From the NCBI RefSeq assembly GCF_001194135.2, contig NC_068985.1:93411686-93444222 (forward strand): a stretch of 32,537 nt of DNA. Direction: 5' to 3'. The notes under the pieces were generated by a model. It was not told the DNA's origin. It did not search any database and saw only the letters and a program-made list of their open reading frames with translations. This DNA is from Octopus bimaculoides. Its lineage: Eukaryota. The translations under genes were made by a program, and so were the position numbers. Below are positions 1 to 12,430 of this stretch, in pieces. Position 1 is the stretch's first letter. Each line of letters opens with the position of its first letter.

Positions 1-62
1 TATATATAGATAGATCGATAGATATAGATATAGATATAGTTATATAATATATATATATATAT
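1..62. repeat. (GATA)n/(TA)n microsatellite
   Basis: tatagatagatcgatagatatagata followed by a (TA)n run, read directly. Confidence 0.9.
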
Positions 63-444
63 TGGACATATGCCCCTATTTTGTCTCTCATACATATAGA
101 TATATACTTACATGCAAACATAGAAAAGCAGATTTATGTGTACCCAGACCTACTACAATTGGACTGAAGCCACCTTTATCGGTGACATTAGCAATATGTT
201 GGTCTATAAATTAACGTCTGGCAAAATCATTGTCTCCCGTTCCATTTCTGATAGTAATGGGTGCCACTATTTTGTTTCTTTTTCTTTTTTCCTTTTTTGT
301 TATTTTCAACGCTTATTTTTTTTAGCTTAGTATTTGTGTAAATGCCTGCCATCAGTCTCGCAAACTTCAGCCCCAAAAGTATAGACCAACTAAAGCATAG
401 CTTTAATTTTTATCTCTGGGTCACCCGCCATTCAATGGGTTTAT

Positions 445-653
445 GATGTGGCTAGGTGGTAATTAGTTCGTATCCTGATCACATGGTGCCGTTTTCAGTC
501 TCATGCGAGGCACCTTGGGCCAGTGACTTCGGCTATAGTCTCATACCGACCGAAGCCTTATGAGTGTATGGACCTTGTAGACGGAAATTGAAAGAAGCCT
601 GCCGTACATATATGTATATATGTGTGTATACACACATATATATATTTATGTAT

Positions 654-694
<41 letters not shown>

Positions 695-714
695 CGTGTG
701 TATATGTGTGTGTA
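445..714 (+). mobile_element. tRNA-derived SINE family A, diverged 5' half ending in its internal microsatellite at a gap
   Basis: cacatggtgccg...gcaccttgggcc...ctatagtc...gaagccttatgagtg...gtagacggaaattgaaagaagcc aligns by eye with the copies at 9824, 13905 and 21901. Confidence 0.75.
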
Positions 715-1226
715 NNNNNNNNNNNNNNNNNNNNNNNNNNNNNNNNNNNNNNNNNNNNNNNNNNNNNNNNNNNNNNNNNNNNNNNNNNNNNNNNNNNNNN
801 NNNNNNNNNNNNNNNNNNNNNNNNNNNNNNNNNNNNNNNNNNNNNNNNNNNNNNNNNNNNNNNNNNNNNNNNNNNNNNNNNNNNNNNNNNNNNNNNNNNN
901 NNNNNNNNNNNNNNNNNNNNNNNNNNNNNNNNNNNNNNNNNNNNNNNNNNNNNNNNNNNNNNNNNNNNNNNNNNNNNNNNNNNNNNNNNNNNNNNNNNNN
1001 NNNNNNNNNNNNNNNNNNNNNNNNNNNNNNNNNNNNNNNNNNNNNNNNNNNNNNNNNNNNNNNNNNNNNNNNNNNNNNNNNNNNNNNNNNNNNNNNNNNN
1101 NNNNNNNNNNNNNNNNNNNNNNNNNNNNNNNNNNNNNNNNNNNNNNNNNNNNNNNNNNNNNNNNNNNNNNNNNNNNNNNNNNNNNNNNNNNNNNNNNNNN
1201 NNNNNNNNNNNNNNNNNNNNNNNNNN
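715..1226. other. Assembly gap
   Basis: N run flanked by (TG)n and, after a short AG-rich stretch, (CA)n. The overlapping ORFs are artefacts. Confidence 1.
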
Positions 1227-1314
1227 GGAGAAAAAGAGAAAGACATGCGCGCGCGCGCACACACAAGCACACGCACACACACACACACACGCACGCACGC
1301 ACACACACACACAC

Positions 1315-1470
1315 AACCAATTTTCATAATGTTTCTGTCTACGAAATTTACACACATGCCATTAGTCATTCCGGAGTGATAGCAGAAGACACTTGTCGAA
1401 GTTGCAGACCGGTGGGACGGAGCACAAATTCACGTGGTTGCCAAGTGTAAGTCTTAAGCACGCAGCCATA
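1315..1470 (-). mobile_element. SINE family A, diverged 5' half
   Basis: tttctgtctacgaaat...tagcagaagacacttg...gtgggac...cacgtggttg...gcagcca is the reverse complement of the family A head. Confidence 0.65.
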
Positions 1471-2699
1471 TTTGTGCGTGTGTAAAATTTGGTTGCTATC
1501 TACAACATGTTGACCGACCATGTAGTAGCGCCCTCTTTAGTTCAATAATGTTCAACGTTTATATATTGTAGATAATGGTTGTTGCGTTGCGCTGCGTATT
1601 TCTTCGTTTGTTCCTCATCCACCCAGTCTTTTCTCGAAGATCATCATAAATCAACAATGACAGAATCTAAATTCAGTCAGTGAAAGATTCTTGTTTTTCG
1701 CTTTCTTGCTTCCATTACTAACATGTACAGCATTATTTTCCTTTCTTCGTTCAACTTACACATTGAATAATTGAACACTACGCTTATAATAGATGGCTTA
1801 TCTATGAACATGTAGTGCTTACTGTTCACATCACCATTCGCTGTTTAGTAACTGCCGCAGTACAAGAAGGTGTTATCAATTCGTATTACATCGTTGTTTG
1901 AGCTACCATACTTCTGGAATTTGGAATTTCGCTTTTGTTTGTTTTAATTTGTGTTTATATTTTTCGAGTTGATATCCGTTTTATGCCGGTTTTTGCTACA
2001 GATTCATTGAGTTTGTTGATGATGTGTTACCGAGTTGACAGTTTATTAGCCACAGGTGCTATGATATCAGTGAAATTCAAATCCGTCCGCTGGCTATTTG
2101 CCATGTAATGTCTCAATCAGCTGCAACTAACCCTATGCATTACACAGTTGATCAGAGTAAGAAAGATGTCAGGTGATAAATAGCATGTACTATTTCCTCA
2201 CAACAGAGCATATGTTAAAGAAATCTATTTCCTTCCAGTTAAGTTTAACACGGCAGCCAGTTTTTGCATATTGTGATAAGATAATGATGCAACTGTATGG
2301 AATATCATGAATTCTCAGAATCTTCGACTACTTCAGTTGTTTGTTATTAAAATCGTTTAATACATCAACATAGTTAACAAAAGCCAGCAGCTCACTGTAT
2401 TTCAAATATTTTATTCTGCAATGTACCAAAGTCTAAATATTTGCACAGTTTTCCTACAGTGGAAATCAACCTGTTCTAGTCTCAATAAAATCATGCAAGA
2501 AGTAAGAAGTTCTTCTGATTGTATAAGAAGTGGAACAATGCCAAACTCTATCATTTGGAAAGTTAAATACTATTCTGATATGCAGTTGGCGTCTTTTGAA
2601 TGTAGGCTCATTGAGGAAATAAGATTGGTTTGGTGCTAATGTAACTTAATGGGAACCATATTTACAATACCACTATTCTTCTGAAGAGTAAGTAAGGCG

Positions 2700-2761
2700 G
2701 TGAGAGAAAGAGAGAGAAACAGAGAGACAGAGAGAGACAGAGAGAGAAAGAAAGAGAGAGA
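2700..2761. repeat. (AG)n-rich microsatellite
   Basis: Interrupted gagagaaagagagag tract. Confidence 0.85.
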
Positions 2762-3574
2762 TGTTAAATGCTGAACAAGGCATATGTACAAATATGGAAC
2801 ACACAAAAAAGAAAAAAAATCAAGTGCAATAGAGAACATAAAATAGATAAAAATTGTGAAGGAACTAAAGATAGCAGCGTAGCATAGAAGAAGCAAAACA
2901 GACACTCCTTGATAAATACCGTATAAAAAGGATGCAATTATTCAATGTAAAATACTGCAAGACATTAACATCAAGGACTTGAAGTGGCGATAAAATTGTC
3001 TCAGCCATAGCAACTAGTAAGTAGCCAACAAGAATCAAATTGATATATGCCACAGCAAGAATGGTAACAATGGAAAATAGAATGAAGATCTTTAACCATA
3101 TAGGAAGAACAAAAGAATGGACAAGACTCAAGGGAAGGGCCACTAGAGAAGAATAGCTTATAGAAAACTCAAAGAAGGAATTGGCCAATTTACTGTCACG
3201 GGGATAAAAGAAGAGAAAATAAGAGAAATAAAATGGAAATAAAGAAAAAAAAATGGCGAGGAAAAAAATTTGGGCCGACAAAGAATGGAAAAGAAACAGT
3301 CGTAGAATGAAAAAGGAAAATAACAAATCAAGGCAGAAGCAGCAGTAAATATATAGAGAGATATTGTTCCCACAACACTTACAAATATAAATTATATATT
3401 TATACACAAGCTGATATATATCCATATGTATGTACAGAGAGTGTGTGTGTGTGTGTGTGTGTTTTGAGCATGTCTGCCCGGCTCTGTTTTTATCTTTGCT
3501 TGTATTTATTTTTAAATTTTATATTCTATTGATAGTTCTAATATATTTGCCTTTCTATGTATGCATCCATGTAT

Positions 3575-3637
3575 NNNNNNNNNNNNNNNNNNNNNNNNNN
3601 NNNNNNNNNNNNNNNNNNNNNNNNNNNNNNNNNNNNN
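3575..3637. other. Assembly gap
   Basis: N run. Confidence 1.
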
Positions 3638-4213
3638 ATCTTATGGAGGAAAATAAATATTTATACACTGACATATATAATGAATATACCATCGCTTACA
3701 CACAAGCACATACACACAAACACACACATACACCACACGCACACGCATCACACATCACACACACGCACACATACATATCATTACAGGAGATCTAAAGAGA
3801 CGTTGCTTGCATATTGAGAGTTTTGAGTTTATTGTTTCCACATCACAATTCTGTCATCTCTTCGTCTCTCACAACTCAGAAATTTCTCTACTACACATGG
3901 CTATACATGATTCTTTTTTTTTTTTTCTTCTATAAAATCTACTCTACTCAGTCTTTCCTTTCATCTACATTACGGAATATGATCATACTTTTACTGAGAA
4001 ATTCAATCCGATTTCTAATATTCACTTCTTTTCCGCCCTGGTATTACTTTATACTTTTACAAAAAAATATTCACTCGATGTTACTGTTGTTTTGTTTTTT
4101 ATTCAGTGTTAGCTCTGATTGAGCAGGTCTACTATCAAAAGTGTCTTAAGATGGTCACCCTATATTATTGTATAAAACTTATTGTATATTTTCATTTATA
4201 TATCTTCCATCAG

Positions 4214-4516
4214 AAGGCGCGTGGCTTAGTGGTTAGGGCATTCAACTCACGTACGAAATGTTATGAGATCGATTTCCACTGGCGCATTATGTCCTCGAGC
4301 AAGACATTATTTCACGTTGCTCTAGTTACACAGCTGACAAAGAAGGAGTTGTACCTGTCATTCAAACGGGCCAGCCGTTTCATGCTGCATCTCTTCTGAG
4401 AACTACGTTAAAGGTACGCGTGTCTGTACAGTGCTCAGCCACTTGCACGTTAATTTCACGATTAGAGTGGTCCGTTGATCGGATCAACTGGATCGTCGTA
4501 ACCGACGGAACGCCAG
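4214..4516 (+). mobile_element. tRNA-derived SINE family C
   Basis: A-box-like GTGGCTTAGTGG head; body gtcctcgagcaagacattatttcacgttgctc; 3' ccgttgatcggatcaactgga..tcgtcgta. An inverted homologue lies at 12628-12885. Confidence 0.8.
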
Positions 4517-4786
4517 TTTTCTTCTTCTTCCGATGACGGAGATTTTCATGCTATTTCAACAGATCGAACGGCAGCATAAAGATTCCTTTGATTCGTTTTT
4601 CCTACGTTTTAAATATTGTTGCTATGGAACCTAAAATTTTACAGAGCGGAACTTATTCTGCATATATTCAAAAGTGAATCAAAGAGTGTAAATCTTTTCT
4701 TCGGTGCCAGGAAAGACCTGGGCTTTCATCATTTGCGTATCTTATTTAAAACTCATGCAAGACCATAAAAGTACCAAGTCAACACA

Positions 4787-4817
<31 letters not shown>
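4787..4817. repeat. (CA)n microsatellite
   Basis: Direct read. Confidence 0.9.
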
Positions 4818-4819
<2 letters not shown>

Positions 4820-5346
4820 CAACCATACACAAGGAGTATAAATCCACACATTAGCTTCATACATACGCATGCGTGCTTGCTTGCACATGCCGAACACGCG
4901 GCCATAAACACTAATACGCACGCACACATCAACAGCATACTCACATACAAGCTTCATCTTGCACAACGTTGTCACTGTTGCCCACAGATCACCCTTGTCT
5001 CTCTAGCAAACCACGCTCCATATCACTACACTGTTGTCTCCCTTGACACTTATATCCCTAGCGCCCTCTTCCTCTTCTGGTCATTGCAGCATGCAGTGAT
5101 TGTCTAATTGAGATACCTATCTTATTTTGTCTCTCCGTTTCTTCTCTGCTCGTTTTTTTTTTCTTTATGAAGAAGAGCGTATGTTGAAAATGTGAAAGAC
5201 TTCTATCGGAAATTTAAACCTAACATACCATGTTTTGTGTTTTTTTTACCTCGTAATCGTGTTTTTTTTTTCTGTATTTCTAAATTTTAATTATATGCAT
5301 ATATTATATATATATGTTAAAGAACGATATACATACATAGATAGAT

Positions 5347-5348
<2 letters not shown>

Positions 5349-5400
<52 letters not shown>
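5349..5400. repeat. (CA)n(TA)n microsatellite
   Basis: Direct read. Confidence 0.9.
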
Positions 5401-5401
<1 letters not shown>

Positions 5402-6530
5402 CATAAATCTGAAGAATCTATTAGAGTAGATGCAAGCGCTAATATATAATTTATAAAAACATGTGGCATATTAATAAAAATCTGTAAATGTACAACGATC
5501 CAGATCTCTGAGTACCTTATTATTTTTTCCAATATATAATACCTGTACATGACCTACAAACTTCCTAATATATATACATTAGTTCGTTTTCCCCGAATTT
5601 CGAAATGAGATGGATGCATGTATGTATGTTGATCTTAATGTTGTTATATATTCAGAAAATCATGTTATTGAAAGCCTATAAACATACTCACCATTTTCGC
5701 TTCCCTATATCCTTGCTCTTTTCTTTAAAAAAAAAGAACGTATTTCGTCACATTATCTCGGCAACAATTTCTGAGTATAGATTTTTTCCAAATGACGATC
5801 TCGGTTTTCTTACAGAACATCTTGCCATGTTACAACACCATAGCAAGCGTGAGGTGATAGCAGGATTATTTATTCATTTGTTTTACTTTGCTTCTTCTTG
5901 CTGTTGTCAACATAACACTCGCTTCTAGTTACGCACGTTGGGTGTGTATGTGTATGTGTATGTGTGCGTGTATGTTTGCCGTTTCACATTTCTTGGTTTT
6001 ACACTAATTGTATCCTTACGCTAGCTACAAAGGTGTTGTTGCTCGATGCATTTTGTCTTTTCACTGTGTGTAGGTCAGAATACGCTTTTCGTATTTGCAC
6101 AGCTTCCGTAATCTTTCTTAATACAGAGTTTTTAGGATACTTTCACAGAATTTTTACTCTGAACATTATACACCGAACCATTGTGTTTCTCTACGTCATG
6201 TTCATAGATTACAGTTATTTCTTTACTTTCATTGTATCCTCTCTAATTTTCTGCAATTTTTTCTCCGCTTAAACAGCGCACTGTTTAATCTATATAGATT
6301 GTGGTGGTTGTAGTGCTACCATACAATGCATCTCAAGTGGTGTGTGCAACATGTATGGTTTTTAAATCAGAAAGTGTTAACCATCCATTTAAATCCATTG
6401 AAAATATCAAAGAGATGATGAAACAAATATTTCTAGGAAAAGTATAGAAAAATATGTTTAGACACAAAACACCCAGTGACTTTATGGACTTCTTATTTTT
6501 TAAAATACACCAATATAACTATATATGGAT

Positions 6531-6677
6531 AATAGAACTGGTTGCCAGTTATGCTCCCTTGAACTTTTGAAAATTATTAAATTTCCTGATAAGAATAAAC
6601 TAATTAATAAGAGGTCAGATTTCAAACCCTCCTGTATCCATAAAATGATGAAAACCTTTAGATATTATAACCCTTAA
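6531..6677 (+). pseudogene. Penelope GIY-YIG endonuclease C-terminal fragment
   Basis: 48 open codons plus stop with CxLC and NKRS motifs. The upstream frame is disrupted. Confidence 0.7.
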
Positions 6678-6914
6678 ATCCTCTTTTTAGTTATATGCAC
6701 TTCTACACCTCCTCTATTTAACTACTCCCACGTTAGATCCTACCTACCACAACTCAGACACCTAACTAACATAGCACGTACTATACCCTTAACCTTACTA
6801 TATACATCAGTATTTTGGTTTACCCTCGAATAACTAGGTTATGACCACTTAATTTACACAAATTTTTAATAAACCGGATCCGCTTCAGTCACTGACACGA
6901 AATAACACTAATCA

Positions 6915-7270
6915 ACCCCCTTTTTTAATTCTTTTAATTTTTACATTTTTACTTTATTCTACTATTTTTATACTATTTTTATATCATTTTACATTTTTTA
7001 TTTGATTATATCATTTTACATTTTTTATTTGATTTTATTTTTTACTTTATTTTACTTTTTATTTCTTTATATTTTTTATTTTTTGTTATATTTTGACTCT
7101 TTTATCTTTATTTTTTATATTTTTTATATTTTATTATTTTTTCATTTTTCATTTTTTTATTCTTTATTTTTTATTTTATTTATTTTTTACCTTTTATCTC
7201 TTATTTTTACTATTTTTTACTATTTTTTAGTTCTTATTTTATTGTTTATTTCTTATTTGTTACATTATTA
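6915..7270. repeat. T-rich low-complexity tract
   Basis: tttta/tattt repeats, which explain the F/I/L/Y-rich ORF 7002-7271. Confidence 0.9.
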
Positions 7271-8208
7271 ATGTGGGTGTTAATATTTCCTATCACTATT
7301 ATGCTATATTACTCTGTATTTTGAATTTTGTTTTTTGAATTTTAACGTCCAACCCTACCTCCCCCATATACTTTATTTCCCTTTTGTTGTTGACATGTTT
7401 ATTGATTCATTCTTTAAGGTCTTCTATGTTATAATTACCCTTTCCACTTCCTTCACCCTTCTTCATCTAGATAAGTGTATGTAGATAAGTTAGTACACTT
7501 AAGTTGTAATTCGCTTAGGTTGACCACTGACCACTCACCACAAGAATATCATGTTTCATGTTTCATGTTTCAAGTTTATTCTGGCATGTCACTTCTTATT
7601 TACGACCCACCACTGATATAGACAGACACAGCTAATATATATCTATCCCTTACAACCTTTAAGATCTCTGTATCTATATCTATTTATCGCTTTATCTTCT
7701 TCTTCTACATTTAGATTTTTCCTCACCACCCTTCGCCAACCCATCTATATAGCTTAGATGTATCTTACTTGACTATCCAGATTTTCTCTTATTGTTTCTT
7801 AGATTACCCGCCCCACCGATTTGACTCCTTTTATGTTTTATCTTTTATTTTAATTTAATTTTTATTTTTATTTTTATTTTTATTTTTATTTTTACATGAA
7901 TATCTGTGTATTACTTTTTCTTTTCTTCTCGGGATTTTATATTCCTATTTTATTTTATATTATTATTATTTCTTTTTGTCATTTTATTATATTGTTCTTA
8001 ACCACCAACTTAACACTACACACTGAATCGTAGCAAGGTATGGACGGATTTCGGAGTACCGAGGAAATTATGTGTAAATGGAGAATTCTACGAGGTATAG
8101 TACAATATATAGTACAATGCAAAATACCAAAAGGAACCTCACCCCTTACATCTCACCTTTCTTCCTCTTTTAACGCCGATGTGATATAATTTCTTGGGAG
8201 AGAAATAC

Positions 8209-8281
8209 TTTTGCGGCTGAAGATAGCTTTGTATTGTCAATTATACACTGATATAAAGCTTGAAACACGTGTACCGCAGAA
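8209..8281 (+). ncRNA. Minimal type I hammerhead ribozyme
   Basis: Stem I tgcgg 8212-8216 / ccgca 8274-8278; core CTGAAGA 8217-8223; stem II 8225-8234 / 8251-8260; GAAA 8262-8265; palindromic stem III ACACGTGT; GUA cleavage triplet 8271-8273. Confidence 0.75.
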
Positions 8282-9823
8282 TCCTTTGTGTTTTTGTTTC
8301 TATTTTTTGCATTTACAATTCATTCTTTCACCTCAACCACGAGCTGGCATACACAGGTGCTTACAATTGTCAAGTATTACCTCTAACATTTACTTTACCT
8401 ATTGTCTTATATATGGATGTGTGTGTGCCTGCCCGCGCATATGTATCAGTGAGCGTATGTGTATGCTCACAGGAGATATACCCTGTCTTACATTTCATAA
8501 TATTACGGAGTATATATCACTTGAGATCCATCGCACATAGGAGCGATAAGGCTATCATATATATTTAACCATCAGCAAGGCAACGATATTCAGTAATTGG
8601 GATGCTGAAGCGTCTCCCGAGTGTTACAGAGATATTTGGGTAGATTAACAAATCTTACACAACATCATGCTACTGTCCAGGCTTCGTAATTCTGCTGAAT
8701 GTGATATGAACTGTGTAATTCCCCGGCCTGTCTTACCATTTGTTAACATCTTAATTCTTCTCTTGGTATTCTACGACATTTCAGCCTTGTCCCAGGATCA
8801 TGTGTCTATGATCAAGCACTAACTAAGAAATACTAGTAGTAGACTATTATAGTTTGCACATCCATTTCTTTCATATATGCCGGGATTTTTTTGTGAATTA
8901 GGCTGGGAAAACATGAAACACAATATCCTTTGGGCATAAATTCGTTACTTCTGAGTAATGAATTTATGCCCAAGGGATATTGTGAGAGTTTGTTTGAATG
9001 GGCATTCCTCAACCATCCTAATTATGTCCGACTCACGTGAATATTAAACGCATGTAGGTAGCGTTTCCTTTATTCATCACTGTGTCTAATTCATAGACTC
9101 TAAACCTATGCGAATAACTCTGGAGGAAGCAAAACATAGCGGTTACTTATGCTGCATGTATTTTCCTTCAAGTTATTGGCCGTCATGCCTGTGTAGTTCC
9201 TTGTGGTGACATTGTATAGTGTGAGGGTGGCTCTATAAACTACAACAGTTGAGAGGCAGTATCCTCTTGAGGGGCAGTTAGTATGGTTTCGAAAATTACA
9301 AGTTGTGGTTAGAGGTTGTAAGATGCATGTTTGCGTCTGTTATGCTATGCAATGTTAAAAACAGGAGTAGTTCACCTTGACACTATGTGGGTTGAAGAGC
9401 TTACAGTACTTATAGCACTTGGAGAAATGCTTCTTAATCAACGACAGGGTACTCTTACATACACCAGTCATGCTCGCACGCATCAATATCAAAAGTATGC
9501 CTATTTCTGTACATACACGTGCACACCAGGTTAAAAAAACGCTTACACGCATGCATGTTCTTTAAGACAAACACAGACATTTATACGGACACGTATAAAT
9601 TCAAGAACGTACCTCCTGCATCTCTCCATTCTTCTAATTGAACCCGATGAGTTAGGTTTCCCTAAAAAGCTACGGAACTTTAAGTACCACGGAGTCAAAT
9701 CAAATTAATTTAATTAATTATATATATGTAACTCCTAGTAAATGTCTTGAGCGCCTCTTTCTTTCGTTTTTCTATTCACCTGCATGTATTACATATGTGC
9801 TTATATATTAATATAAATTCATA

Positions 9824-9944
9824 GGCGCAGGCGTGACAGTGTGGTAAGAAACTTGCTTTTCAACCACATGGTTCCGGGTTCAATCCTTTGGCAGGTGTCT
9901 TCTACTATAGCCTTGGGTCGACCAAAGCCTTGTGAGTGGATTTG

Positions 9945-9989
<45 letters not shown>

Positions 9990-10237
9990 TTACATACATA
10001 CACACACACATATATGTTTATGTGTGTTTTTTTTGTGTTTTTCCCTCATCACCTCTTGACAAACAGTGTTGGTGTGTTTATGTCCCCTTCACTTAGTGGT
10101 TCGGCAAAATAAACAACAGAAAAAGTACTAGGCATAAGAAATAAGTCCTGGCATGTTTTGTTCCGACTAGAAAAAAAAAACCCTTCAAGGCGGTGCTCCA
10201 GCATGGCCGTAGTCAAATGACTGGAACAAGTACAAGA
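9824..10237 (+). mobile_element. SINE family A, near full length with internal (TA)n/(CA)n
   Basis: Head ggcgcaggcgtgacagtgtggtaag...ccgggttcaatcc (A- and B-box-like); tail aaggcggtgctccagcatggccgtagtcaaatgactggaacaagta. Confidence 0.9.
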
Positions 10238-10277
10238 AACTGTGAGAGCTCTTAAAACAGATTGTTACGTAAGTAAA

Positions 10278-10367
10278 TGCATACACGCACGCGTACGCAT
10301 GCACACGCACACACACAACCACACACACACGTAGTTGCATTCATACATACATGCACACATAGATACA

Positions 10368-10404
<37 letters not shown>

Positions 10405-10420
10405 GTATATGAAGGTATAT
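10278..10420. repeat. Compound (CA)n/(TA)n microsatellite
   Basis: Direct read. Confidence 0.85.
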
Positions 10421-11707
10421 TTATATATCAATATATTAATATATATTATTGAACTGTGTATTTGTAATCTAATTGTCATATAATTATTGTTGTTGTTGTT
10501 GCCGTTTTTGTCTTATTTCTTTTAACTTAGGATGCGATACAATTTGTATTGTATTTCTTGCATACAATGACAGTAGCACACCGCATTATTCAACATCTTT
10601 GGGAATTCAATTGAATTGAATGCATGTGCATAACTGTACATATTTCTATACAAGTTTGAAAACCTTAGCAAAGAGTGGACTAGAAACAAAGTCTGACAAC
10701 AGCAAAATAATTATTTCCTCGAGAAGAAATAATTGAGTTCATGCAAAGCAGCAGAAGAAGATGAGAGGAACCAGTTGAACAATATTTATTGAACAATAAG
10801 TGCTTAGACATAAGGTAAAGAATGGACGAAGATGTAAACTATCTATGAAACACAATGAGCTGTAAGAAGGAATAAACATGACACTACCTGCAGGATACAA
10901 AACTAAACGCACGGGTATTCCGTGATAATATATATTATATGTGGAAGTCTAATTTGCCTGTGTACGCCATAGGTAATTGGCAAAAATTAAAGAATGGAAA
11001 TATTGAAAAGTTCAATTATTAATGAAATATGGGGAAAACTAATATTTGAATATCTATGATATAGCCTTAAAAAATATTAATTATTAATTATTATACAAAA
11101 GCATAAAAATTGTATTTCTCCATTATGAGTTACACCCGAGCTGAAATGTTGTGAAATAAATTTTATTTTGAGAGAGCGTGTGTGTCGTTAGTCTTCAGCA
11201 AAGAAATGTTTTCAGTAAAGAGCTTAGTAAAAAAAAAATTTAAATTAATGATGATGGCTAATGAAAATATGTTTGCTACCTCGCATTTTGATAATGAAAA
11301 TTAAAGTAAACGAAGATTTCTGTCAGTAATCTGTATAGAACAATGCTTCTCGAAGTATCTGGTCATATTGAATCTTCTACCGAACAGTGTATATGTATAC
11401 TTTAGGTGGCGCCAGTGGCAAAAAGTCACTGGGGAATAACTAACCAATATACAGGATAATGATGAAAAGAAATACGACAAAATAAGACCTACAAATACAA
11501 CGAAAAGTGTCGTGCGGCCGCAAGACAGACAGATATGGGGTACCTTTTGTATAAAGGGTACCTTTGCATATGACAGACACCTACATTTTTGTAGAGAAAA
11601 AACCAATTTAATATATTTCGTCTTACAGTTGGTATCCAATCTGATATACTCTCATTAGGCAATATTTCGTAAAGCTATGTGTAAAACTTGTACCAACATA
11701 CTATAAA

Positions 11708-11793
11708 GTGGTGTTGTTGCCTCTCGAGCCATGCCTCGCTCATAAGGGCCGTCGACCGCGAGTTCGCTGCTTTAACCGCTAGGCCATGTGCCT
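11708..11793 (-). mobile_element. Short, internally deleted tRNA-headed SINE remnant
   Basis: The minus strand reads aggcacatggcctagcggttaaagcagcgaactcgcggtc (A-box TGGCCTAGCGG), fused to ggcccttatgagcgaggcatggctc and a caacaac tail. Confidence 0.5.
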
Positions 11794-11927
11794 GCACTAT
11801 ACTATAACGTAACTATATTAATTAATTTTAGAATAGCATAAGTACTACGGAATAAAGTTTCTCCTTTGTCGTTATGAAGTTTCTACAAATATTTACTGCC
11901 ATCCAGTTCGAAGAATTGGAGAATAAA

Positions 11928-12430
11928 AACTGGATGCTAGAATTGAAGATAGTGGTGCAGTACTCTGCCAGCTTCAACATTCGATCCTCAGAAGAGGAGA
12001 GGTTGGGAAAAAGCCAAATTTACTCTCTTCCGTTCGGTTTCCGTACCTGTCCCCACCTATGGTCATGTTGCCGAAACAGTGTTCCTCCGAAGGATCTCTG
12101 GAATAACATTACTCCATAGGGCGAGTAGTTCGGATATCAGAGATTTCTCCGGGTGGAATGACTATTTGTCCACATTGAGAGATCACTGCTTCGATCCTAC
12201 GGATATATTGTTACAGCGTCGTAAGAGAGAATCGCAAAACAGGTTCTTCAAACTGAACCAACCGGCAGAAAATCAAAGAGACCATGAAATGCATAATTGG
12301 AAAATATTCAAATTCTCATTTGGTCACGCTTGAGAATCCATACAGAGAGTGAAATGACGGTTGCTTCTGATGGTATCCCCCACGATCCCCACGAATAGAG
12401 GGCCAAGATAATGGATAGAGGAATGGATAG
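11928..12430 (+). mobile_element. RTE-clade LINE (Rex3/Expander-like), decayed 3' end
   Basis: With frameshifts: LDARIEDSGAVLCQLQHSILRR..KAKFTLFRSVSVPVPTYGH/AETVFLRRISGITLLHR..DIRD..HIERSLLRSYGYIV..ERIAKQVLQTEPTGRKSKRP..WSRLRI, then cccccacga and an atggatag tail. About 14 codons are missing after YGH relative to the remembered family pattern. Confidence 0.85.

Larger units (their letters stand above)
6430..8330 (+). mobile_element. Penelope-like retroelement, 3' remnant (GIY-YIG C-terminus, long AT-rich 3' region, hammerhead-bearing end)
   Basis: 6531-6677 translates as NRTGCQLCSLELLKIIKFPDKNKLINKRSDFKPSCIHKMMKTFRYYNP*, matching the CxLCxxE...LxNKRSE...CxH pattern of Penelope endonucleases. 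A hammerhead motif lies at 8209-8281. Boundaries are approximate, and linking both parts to one element is inferred. Confidence 0.7.

Noticed and set aside
533-1450. Long ORFs across the first gap (also 22698-23126 and 26970-28060)
   Set aside because: Made of N runs and dinucleotide repeats (VC/HT/YI peptides).
2865-3425. 186-aa hydrophobic minus-strand ORF resembling a membrane protein
   Set aside because: Antisense of a purine-rich low-complexity tract. The plus-strand ENRMKIFNHIGR only faintly resembles an RTE 3' end, too weak to call.
6269-6288. Perfect 8-bp hairpin ttaaacag-cgca-ctgtttaa
   Set aside because: No CTRR at the Helitron-typical distance; short AT-rich hairpins arise by chance.
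9644-9690. ccgatgag...ctacggaac, hammerhead-like
   Set aside because: Both core segments are mutated, with no stem I or III.
9824-9895. tRNA-like A/B boxes here and at other SINE heads
   Set aside because: They continue into SINE bodies with no cloverleaf, so they are not tRNA genes.
11301-11660. 112-aa minus ORF and an overlapping plus open frame
   Set aside because: No recognisable motifs, no convincing splice signals, AT-driven composition.
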